Shown here in pieces: positions 1 to 8,200 of a DNA stretch of 16,367 nucleotides. The position numbers and the translations under genes are program-made. Within the stretch, counting starts at the first letter, position 1; every line of letters begins with the position of its first letter. This stretch comes from Candidatus Heimdallarchaeota archaeon (GTDB lineage Archaea > Asgardarchaeota > Heimdallarchaeia > Hodarchaeales > Hodarchaeaceae): assembly GCA_048881705.1 (NCBI GenBank), contig JBHLSH010000082.1, positions 1 to 16,367 on the forward strand. The letters run 5' to 3'. The notes beneath the pieces are model-generated. The model was not told the origin of the DNA. It made no database searches and saw only the letters and a list, made by a program, of their open reading frames with translations.

Positions 1-363
1 AGCAGATTCATTTACCCCTGCAAAAGATGAAAACCCGATAGCTATGATTAGATCATAGGTCTTTTCTGTACTTGTTGCAAATTGCTCGATAAAGGTATTA
101 ATTTCCGCAACAGTATCAGGTTCAACCCAATCAGCATCCAGATTATAGGTTTTGTTTGCATTCTGCAGTCCTAACATAGCCAGATCATTAAAACCAAAAT
201 CCCCCAGACCCCCAGTAGATAGTACTAAAGCAATCGTCGCATCAAAGGCCTGATTTGCTTCTTCTGTCTCTATCAACACAGAATTAGCTGGTAGAGTGTT
301 CACGCTTATTAAAAAAACTAGAAATGTGCAAAGCACGGGTATAACCCTTGTTTTCGGTATCAT
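1..363 (-). CDS. BMP-family (PnrA/TmpC-like) ABC substrate-binding protein, N-terminal 121 aa; runs off the left edge
   Basis: Manual translation from ATG at 363: MIPKTRVIPVLCTFLVFLISVNTLPANSVLIETEEANQAFDATIALVLSTGGLGDFGFNDLAMLGLQNANKTYNLDADWVEPDTVAEINTFIEQFATSTEKTYDLIIAIGFSSFAGVNESA. It has a signal peptide, the BMP motif GGLGDxxFND and YDLIIAIGF. A GGTGA SD lies upstream on the minus strand. Confidence 0.85.
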   Translation of the reverse strand, partial: MIPKTRVIPVLCTFLVFLISVNTLPANSVLIETEEANQAFDATIALVLSTGGLGDFGFNDLAMLGLQNANKTYNLDADWVEPDTVAEINTFIEQFATSTEKTYDLIIAIGFSSFAGVNESA

Positions 364-611
364 GTTTCCTTTCACCGATTTCCAATACAGTTGAGTGCTT
401 TGATGGCGAAACTAGATCAATTTAATCTTTGACCGCAAATATTCGCCATTCACCATCTGAAAGAAATCAATCTCAAAGACTAAATTTGTCGTTTTTTTAA
501 TCCATCGTCTAGTAGGACTTTACGGTTTTTGTCGGATTTAGAGGAAAAAAAATCTTTGCAATTCCGATTAAAAGGTAAAATCTCTGAAAAAGGCCTGTCT
601 CAATTTAAAAA

Positions 612-630
612 GGCACGAAAATATAAAAAG
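612..630 (+). promoter_or_regulatory. Putative BRE/TATA promoter of the ABC binding-protein gene
   Basis: Purine-rich GGCACGAAA is followed by ATATAAAAAG about 110 bp upstream of ATG 738. SD AAGGTGA at 722-728. Confidence 0.45.
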
Positions 631-737
631 TTGAACTCTGATGAGACGGAACGTGAGCTATCCCCACTCAACACTGCCAAGGATAGTTTCAATACCTAGA
701 TTTCTTTCATTTAGAATAAGTAAGGTGAATTAAACAG

Positions 738-2240
738 ATGAAAAAATATGTTTCAGGCATTTTGCTTGGATTCATGCTCTTGGGATTACTTTTACCAATG
801 AGCACCAGCTCAGCTGCTCCTGCTGCTCCTGCTGCTCCTGCTGTGGATTCTCTCACTATTATACATCCACACTCTGCAGATTTTGCAGGGCACGTAATCA
901 GTGCTTTTCGAGAATGGTATAACGATTCATTCGGGGTCGAAATCACTGTCGATACAATAGAAAAGGATTCTGGCGCTTCTTCACAACAAGTTTCAGCTTG
1001 GGGTGGAACCCCGCTCGCCGATGTTTGGTGGGGCGGAGGGGAATTTGAATTTGAGCAGCGACGCCGAGATGGGGGCCTTTTAGAACCCTACAACGTAACA
1101 GAGGATGCCAATATCACCGCATTCTTATCAGGCTGGCATCTGAAAGACGACTCAGGTGATACTGCTGATCCCCAATGGTATGCCGCCGCGATATCTGGAT
1201 TCGGCATCATGTACAACACTGAATACCTTGCCGCTGAAGGGTTGGAAATTCCCACGTCATGGGAAGATCTAGCGGATCATTCCTATAAAGGGCATATCAC
1301 CATGGCGAACCCACAAACTAGTGGATCAACCACAGCTACAGTGAAAATGCTTCTACAGGAATTCAACACTCAGGCAGACAGCGCTGCTATAAACTATAAT
1401 GGCAATGCATCCGAAGGATGGAGTCTTTGGGCGAAAATAGCAGGTAACATGGGAGAATTTACAGTAGGCAGCTCAAAACCTCCACGTAGTGTATTTGAAG
1501 GAACCTACGGAATTGGTCTTACGATCGATTATTTTGCTTGGGATTACATTGCTCTGAGTGATGTTTTGGGATTCAACTATGGAGGTGCTTCTACTTTCAG
1601 CCCTGATCCTATTGCAGTCCTTGCCGGTGCCCCCAACATGGTTCAGGCAAAGCGATTCGTAGATTACGTAACTAGCACTGAAGGGCAGGTCAAGGTAGGG
1701 AAATACCGAATTCCAGCCAATAAAGAAGCAGTTCCAGAAAGTCTACGGATTCCTCGAGCTTGGGATTCCTCTGGAAATATAAATCCAGCATTCCCCCTAA
1801 TTGATCCCTTCAATACTTCCGTAGATGGCTTAATTCATTCAAGAGCAAGAGAACTTTTCGCCTATTGGTTTGTATTGGGGCAAAACGCGGTTAAGGCCGC
1901 TGATGCCTATGATGCGATTGGAAAAGCAACCGATGCTACTGCACGTGACAATGCACTGGCATTGTACACCAAATTGCCGTCCACATACGATGGAACGCTT
2001 GGAAACCTAAGAGCCCAAGATTATAGTAACACAACTATACAAGCGCTTTGGGCCTCTGAAGGGGCCGCCCATTTCGATGCGGCAAAAACCGAAGCACCAA
2101 AAGATTATGGGAATCCAATCCAAACTACAACCACTACGACGACTACTGGAACGACTGGAGGGCCAACTCCAGGTTTTGAAGCCATTCTTTTAGTGTTAGG
2201 TTTCGGCGCCTTGGTTATATCCCGACGAAAGAGAAAATAG
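738..2240 (+). CDS. ABC substrate-binding protein, AfuA/FbpA-like (Fe3+/thiamine/sugar-phosphate class), with C-terminal PGF-CTERM anchor
   Basis: Signal peptide; family motifs ADVWWGGG, GFGIMYNTE, PTSWEDL, YKGHITMANPQTSGST, NMVQAKRFVDYVTSTEGQ. The C-terminus is a Thr-rich linker, PGF, a hydrophobic helix and RRKRK. Confidence 0.9.
   Translation: MKKYVSGILLGFMLLGLLLPMSTSSAAPAAPAAPAVDSLTIIHPHSADFAGHVISAFREWYNDSFGVEITVDTIEKDSGASSQQVSAWGGTPLADVWWGGGEFEFEQRRRDGGLLEPYNVTEDANITAFLSGWHLKDDSGDTADPQWYAAAISGFGIMYNTEYLAAEGLEIPTSWEDLADHSYKGHITMANPQTSGSTTATVKMLLQEFNTQADSAAINYNGNASEGWSLWAKIAGNMGEFTVGSSKPPRSVFEGTYGIGLTIDYFAWDYIALSDVLGFNYGGASTFSPDPIAVLAGAPNMVQAKRFVDYVTSTEGQVKVGKYRIPANKEAVPESLRIPRAWDSSGNINPAFPLIDPFNTSVDGLIHSRARELFAYWFVLGQNAVKAADAYDAIGKATDATARDNALALYTKLPSTYDGTLGNLRAQDYSNTTIQALWASEGAAHFDAAKTEAPKDYGNPIQTTTTTTTTGTTGGPTPGFEAILLVLGFGALVISRRKRK
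813..843 (+). repeat. Exact 9-bp tandem repeat (GCTGCTCCT x3.4) encoding AAP-AAP-AAP-A
   Basis: Identical copies at 813, 822 and 831, plus a partial GCTG at 840. Confidence 0.95.
2124..2240 (+). other. PGF-CTERM archaeosortase-type sorting signal with Thr-rich linker
   Basis: TTTTTTTGTTGGPTPGFEAILLVLGFGALVISRRKRK*; PGF codons at 2169-2177. Confidence 0.85.
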
Positions 2241-2291
2241 ATATCGATCCCCCCCTATGCTTGTTTTTCTCTTGAGTCTAGCCACTCCCCC

Positions 2292-2307
2292 TTTTTTTCT
2301 TTTTTTT
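2292..2307 (+). terminator. Oligo-T archaeal-type terminator after the binding-protein gene
   Basis: T7-C-T8 tract about 50 bp after the stop codon. Confidence 0.55.
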
Positions 2308-2417
2308 GATTCGACGAGAGAATATCGATATTTTCCTTCTGTTTCTATCCCCTAGTTCATTGATCGGTAGTATGTTTCGAACATGTATGCTACGAAGATA
2401 TTTGAATTGAAGTTTTC

Positions 2418-2440
2418 TGAATTAATATAATTCAATTGAA
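2418..2440. promoter_or_regulatory. Palindromic candidate operator overlapping a TATA-like element upstream of the permease
   Basis: TGAATTA-ata-TAATTCA is a perfect 7-3-7 palindrome (2418-2434). It overlaps a second perfect palindrome, TTCAATTGAA (2431-2440), and TTAATATAA. Confidence 0.4.
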
Positions 2441-2449
2441 GGGATTTCG

Positions 2450-4549
2450 ATGGTATCCACCGTAACAGCGAAGCAAGAAAAGATAACACCCGGAATACGA
2501 CACAAAACCCGAACATTTTTCTCACAATATGAGCTGGGATCGCTCAGTATTTTCACCATCCTTATGATTATCTTTAGTATTTTCATGTTCCTACCAATAC
2601 TTAATGTTTCAGTTGCGGCCTTTAATTTTGTCGATCTAGATCCCGCGAACCCGTTTGATTTCTTTAGGCATTTTTTATATTGTTTTGAAAATGATTTTTA
2701 TCGTCTAAGTTTAGTAAACGCACTTTTTGCAGGATTAACGACCACTATCATAACCTGTATTATTGGACTCACTGTTACCGTAATTTTTAGCCGGTATAGG
2801 TTTAGAGGAAAGCGTTTTTTTCAGGTACTAACCATTTTACCTTTGGTTAGTCCTCCGTTTGTCGGAGCATTTGCTTTAGGTAGATTATTGGATCGAAACG
2901 GCATTGTATCGAATTTCTTTAGGGATAATGCACTCCCCTGGTTCATTCCAGGTCTTTCAGAGTTTCTAGGAAAATCCATATGGGGTATTATTTTTATGCA
3001 ATCGGTACACCTCTGGCCGCTCATCTTTCTTAATGCTTCTGCGTCATATAGTAAGATCGATCCCGCTCAAGAAGAGCAAGCTCGTAATCTTGGAAGTTTC
3101 GGTGTAAGTTTATATCGACAAATTATATTGCCCTTAATTACTCCAGGATTCGTAGCAGGTGCGGTCCTGGTATTCATGTGGTCGATAAGTGATTTGGGAA
3201 CTCCAATTGTACTAGATTTCTTTGCGTTTGCACCTTATGTAGCTTTTAGAGATCTTGTTGAAGCACAGGAAGCGTATGTTGAGGGAGCTTATGCTTTAAT
3301 TATAATCATCCTAGTTATCAGCCTAATGGCTTTGATCTTTGCATCAAAAGTGGTTGGGATGCGGGATTATTCGCCAGAAAAAGTATCTGGAATGGAACAA
3401 GCCCGAATGATGAAACAAGCCTCAAGACGAAAGGCACTCCTCATTTATTTGGTTCTGATAACTCTGTTCATAATTTCCTTACTCCCTCATCTGGGAATTT
3501 TTCTCGTTGCTTTCGTTGAAAGAATAAGAATCAGAGAATATATCCCTACATTATGGACCTTAGATGGGATCACTCAAGCTTTAGAAAGCCCGGAAATCAT
3601 GGGAATGATATGGAATTCATTAATCTATTCCGCCTTGGCCATGATTCTTACGATTCTAGTTGGAATAATTGTATCGTATCTAATTGTTAGAAAAAAGAAC
3701 CTAGTGGGGATAAGTGTGATTATGATGGTTATTGGTGGATACATCGGATTGCTTTTAGGAACCCAGTTGTCATCTAAGGTCACGTCTGGATTCGAAAAGC
3801 TGGTTTTGATGCTTGTACCAGCAATAATCGTGGCTATCGGGTTTTTTTTCATTGGAAGAACGTTAAATCTGAAGTGTTTGGAGATATTTGCGACAATGCC
3901 TTTTGCTATCCCGGGCATTGTATTGGCTATTGGCTATGTCGCCTTTTTCGATACCCCTACTGCATTGAACGGCATTTGGGGGTTAATACCTGTTGATCTA
4001 GATTATATTCCAATCTTGGGTCTCATAACAAGTCCACTACGTCAATTACTTCGTGAAGGTATTCCGGACAGCCCATTTGCCTTTCGATTTACCTCCTTTT
4101 GGTTTGTATTCGTCTTTTCATATGCAATGCGACGGATGCCTTACGCAGTGCAATCTTCAACAGCCATGCTCAGACAAATACATGTATCCTTGGAAGAAGT
4201 TGCCCATAATTTGGGAGCCACAACAGCAAGTACACTTCGCCGCATTACTATACCGTTAATGGCAAGTGGAGTTTTGGCTGGAGGAATCTTGTCATTCATT
4301 ACTAGCTTCACGGAGGTCTCCACTTCGATTATTTTAACTCCAATAAAAAATCCGTTCGAGCCGTTCCCATTTTTACCCCGTTCAGAGTTATCTAAACCTC
4401 TAACAAAAGGATTATATGACAGAATTCAAGATGGAGACTTTCTAATATCAGGGGTTATGGGACTAGTTCAATTATTGGTTGCTACGATAGGTATGGCCAT
4501 TACACAAAGGCTCTTGGGTGAAAGAACAGGGACTGCTTTTGGTGGATAA
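2450..4549 (+). CDS. ABC transporter permease, FbpB/AfuB/ThiP type with two fused membrane domains
   Basis: Multiple TM helices; LPLVSPPFVGA and MPFAIPGIVLAIG motifs; two EAA loops (IDPAQEEQARNLG and IHVSLEEVAHNLGA). Confidence 0.92.
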   Translation: MVSTVTAKQEKITPGIRHKTRTFFSQYELGSLSIFTILMIIFSIFMFLPILNVSVAAFNFVDLDPANPFDFFRHFLYCFENDFYRLSLVNALFAGLTTTIITCIIGLTVTVIFSRYRFRGKRFFQVLTILPLVSPPFVGAFALGRLLDRNGIVSNFFRDNALPWFIPGLSEFLGKSIWGIIFMQSVHLWPLIFLNASASYSKIDPAQEEQARNLGSFGVSLYRQIILPLITPGFVAGAVLVFMWSISDLGTPIVLDFFAFAPYVAFRDLVEAQEAYVEGAYALIIIILVISLMALIFASKVVGMRDYSPEKVSGMEQARMMKQASRRKALLIYLVLITLFIISLLPHLGIFLVAFVERIRIREYIPTLWTLDGITQALESPEIMGMIWNSLIYSALAMILTILVGIIVSYLIVRKKNLVGISVIMMVIGGYIGLLLGTQLSSKVTSGFEKLVLMLVPAIIVAIGFFFIGRTLNLKCLEIFATMPFAIPGIVLAIGYVAFFDTPTALNGIWGLIPVDLDYIPILGLITSPLRQLLREGIPDSPFAFRFTSFWFVFVFSYAMRRMPYAVQSSTAMLRQIHVSLEEVAHNLGATTASTLRRITIPLMASGVLAGGILSFITSFTEVSTSIILTPIKNPFEPFPFLPRSELSKPLTKGLYDRIQDGDFLISGVMGLVQLLVATIGMAITQRLLGERTGTAFGG

Positions 4550-4553
4550 CAGT

Positions 4554-4952
4554 TTGGCAGACAATCGGATTTCTACCAGATTGGACAGCTATGCAAGGTT
4601 ATTTCTGACTAAACTTCGTCAAACCATTTCAGAATTATTATCCTTTATTGTAGAATTTAAAAGCGCGTTCATCGTACTCCTAATTTGGATGATCCTGGGT
4701 GGTTTTGCTGTTGTCCCTGAAGAAGAACTAACCCAAACAGGCTTTTTTCCAGTTGATGTGTTTTTCGCTTCTTTGACGTTTTTAGTTTCTCTGATAGGTT
4801 CAATTTTGGAACTAATACTCTATCCCATCGATCTGATTATTAACAAAAAACCCTTTGATCAGACAAAGATCCCAGAGATCTTTATTCTACTAATGCCACT
4901 AGTAATCATGATTGTTACCAGCTTTTTAATTATGGTCTGGACCGAGGATTAG
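4554..4952 (+). CDS. Small integral membrane protein of unknown function (~132 aa, about 3 hydrophobic segments)
   Basis: The track start (4518) overlaps the permease. TTG at 4554, after GGTGGA and 4 bp past the permease stop, is a more plausible start. Hydrophobic segments include SAFIVLLIWMILGGFAVV and IFILLMPLVIMIVTSFLIMVW. Confidence 0.6.
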   Translation: MADNRISTRLDSYARLFLTKLRQTISELLSFIVEFKSAFIVLLIWMILGGFAVVPEEELTQTGFFPVDVFFASLTFLVSLIGSILELILYPIDLIINKKPFDQTKIPEIFILLMPLVIMIVTSFLIMVWTED

Positions 4953-5285
4953 GTATCTCTGGCTTTCGGTTTAAAATAATGGAAATTCAGGGAATTCATT
5001 GTCCACAATTTCCTAGAAATGTACTTTTGGGAAATACGCCCCTTTTTTGGAGTCTTGCGAAGATCCTGCTACAATATCATTATTTTATAGAAGAATTTTT
5101 CATCGAATGGCGGAATTGACAATTTTACAATGATCAAGTGGCGAAAGTGCCAATCTATTTAAAAGATTACTGACCATATTTACTTGAGCATTCTTACGTC
5201 TGAAATCAACGATGCTTATGCATTTTACCAAAATTCCAAATGCAACTATTGTAACTAATGTAAACAATTCCAGAGATTGATCCTC

Positions 5286-8200
5286 ATGAAATCCGCCGTT
5301 ATTCCCAAGTTGAAAGAAACTTTTAACAGCAAAATTTCTTTTGATAAAGTAGAACGCATGGTTAACAGCCATGATGTGGCAGTTTTACCGTCACCCATCT
5401 TAAAATTTTTGAAAACAACACCAGATGCGGTTATACGAATTGAAAGTCTAGAAGATATCCTACATGCAGTGGAAATAGCACGTACTTATAATATCCCTCT
5501 AGTTCCCCGTGGAAAGGGGACCGGTGGCTATGCAGGAGCCGTACCGATAAATAAAGGATTAGTTTTGAATTTCGGATGGTTTAGAAGGATCCTCAGAGTC
5601 GATTCCGAGTCTAAATTGGTCACCGTCGAGCCTGGAATCGTTTGGAAGAATCTGGAATATGAACTCGAGAAGCATAATCTCGCCTTGAAGATGTATCCCA
5701 CTTCAGCTCCAGGCAGTTCTGTTGGAGGATTCTTCGCCATGGGGGGTTCAGGAGTCGGTTCGTACGAAAATGGATCATTTTTGAACGTTGTTGAGTCAAT
5801 AGAGGTTGTTCATCTCGATGGTTCAATCAAAATAGTATCAGGTGAGGATCTGAAGTATTATTATGGCTTGGAGGGGACAACGGGCCTAATCTCCAAAATA
5901 ACCCTCCAAGTCGAAAACAAACACGACATTATTCCCCTTGCTTTTGGTGTTCCGACAGCAAAGGGATTGCAAGAGGTACTGAAGACCTTGCCAGGGGGAG
6001 ATTTTCCGATTTGGCATGTTAGCTTTTTAACACCAAACTATCTCCATTTAAAGAACCTTGCCATGAAAGAACAGGCAGAACGAGCAGTAGAACATTCTCA
6101 CGGAGATCCGAATTATCAGGACCCCGTTCTATTGCCAGAAGAGAGCTATCTTATCCTAATCGCTGTTAAGGATCACGATTTGGAATCAATCGAGTCAAAC
6201 CTGGATAACCTCATTAGAAAACATGGCGGAATTCGTTATTCCCAGGAAATTGCCACTCACGAGTGGGATGAACGATATTACCCAATGCGCATAAAACGGT
6301 TGGGCCCGACGCTGGTTCCTTCAGAAGGAATTTCACAGACTTCCAAGTTGGCTGAGGTTCTCTCGCGGAGCGAGAAGCATTTGAAAGGAATTGCAATAGA
6401 GGGGATAATGTCCACCCCAGATGAGAGTGTTCTATTGACCTTTAACCTTGGAGATGAACGCTCCTGGGGCTATTCATTAAGCTTTTCAAAGAGTCTGAGG
6501 TTTTTGCGTATCCTGAAAAAGCGTGGTGGACGGGCTTACGGAACTGGCTTATATTTTACCTCAGAGGCTCCGAATATCTTTGGAAAGGATCTTGTTGATA
6601 ATTTAAAGCGTTTTAAAATTGAGAATGATCCTAATAACCTTCTTAATCCAGGAAAAGTTTTGTTTCCTAAAGCTCGCACACTACGATTAGCAATGTTTAT
6701 GGCAAACTTCCCCATTATCCGTTCCTTCTTAACTCCAATGGAAATCGTGACCAGAAAACTTCGTGGCCGTCGTAGAGCAAAATATATCCCAGATGATTTG
6801 GTTTGGGAAGCCTTTACCTGTGCCCAATGTGGATATTGCCAGCAGGTTTGCACCATTTTTGAAGGAAGGAGACTAGAAAAAGCCTCGCCCAGGGGAAAAT
6901 TTTACTATTTGAAGCAATTGGCGAAAGGAAAAGCCGAAATGACAGATGAAATGGCTGCAGAGTTCCTTTTATGCACAACCTGTAACAGATGTGAGCAGCC
7001 CGGAGTATGTCAGCTAGATATCAACATCCAGTCTCTATGGGATGAGATGCGAGGGGTTTTGATTGAAAATAAGAATTGTGCTACTTTTCCAGCCTTTCAT
7101 ATGATGGCCGGAGGCATCGTGACTGGGAACAACATTTGGGCCCATGATCCAGCGCATCGTGATGATTGGATTCCCGATGAAGCTTTGGAAAATATTGGAA
7201 AACAAGCGGAGTTGGGGTACTGGTCAGGCTGCACGGCCAGCTTTGTGGAACCAAATATTGCCCATGGCGCAGTAACCATCATGAAAAAAGGTGGTCTCGA
7301 TTTCACCTTATTAGGAAAAAAGGAGAATTGTTGTGGTGTACCCAGCTTGATGGCAGGATTATGGGATGTCTGGGAAGACACAATGGAGAAGAATATCAGG
7401 ACTATTCATAGTCAGGGAATTCGCAATCTTGTAATTTCATGTCCAGGATGTTTTGCAGCCATGGCTCATTATTATCCAGCGTTCACAGAGAAAATGGCTG
7501 ATAAAAAGCCTGAGCTGAAAAAAATGTGGGAGGAGATCGAACTAACACACATCTCTAAGATCACAGACGAGCTAATCCAAGAAGGCAAGATTAAATTAAC
7601 GAATGAGAGGAATAAAAAAGTTACATGGCATGATAGTTGCCATCTCTTACGTCCAAGTGATTACTATGAAAACCCCCGTAATGTTCTTCAAGCCGTGCCG
7701 GGAGTAGAATTTCGTGAAATGGAACACAATAGGGAGAAATCGCTTTGTTGTGGATCTGTATTGACTCGAATCGGCAGCTGGGACGCAAGCAATGACATTG
7801 CGAAGATAAAACTGACTGAAGCAATAGATTCTGGAGCCGAAGAAGTTTATGCGACATGCCCTTGTTGTGAATTCCAGATGCGTGTTGGAGCTGATAAGAA
7901 CAATATTGATCTGCCTATCAGAGACATGACAGACATAGTCCTAGAAAGTATGGGGGAGAACCCATTAACCGATCCAACCCCAACAGTTCTTCATGTTTGG
8001 AACGAGGTATTCGAGCCTGCTATTCTCCTTATGACTCCTGAAGGATTAAATGAGATGATGGTTCATCTTTTGCCCGAGATGATGGAATCCATGCCAGGCC
8101 TATTTAAAACTATGTTCAAGCTCATGCGAGTGACTCGATTGAGCTACGTAATGTCCCCTATGATGGGATTAATGGGTAAACTTCCTTTTATTATGCCAAC

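Noticed and set aside
636-700. CTGATGA resembling a hammerhead ribozyme core or a C/D-box sRNA C box
   Set aside because: No stem II followed by GAAA and no properly spaced CTGA D/D' boxes. It probably lies upstream of the TSS.
707-946. 79-aa minus-strand ORF, plus other short antisense ORFs inside the permease, oxidoreductase, kinase fusion, HAD and amidohydrolase genes
   Set aside because: They are shadows of well-supported genes on the opposite strand or in another frame, with no recognisable motifs.
4979-5119. 46-codon plus-strand ORF (MEIQGIHCPQF...) and the 90-aa minus ORF 5100-5372
   Set aside because: No SD or motif. The minus ORF overlaps the oxidoreductase start, and the region is better explained as terminator/promoter sequence.
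5219-5244. TGCATTT-N12-AAATGCA inverted repeat upstream of the oxidoreductase
   Set aside because: A single short AT-rich dyad with no second copy found. Too weak to call an operator.
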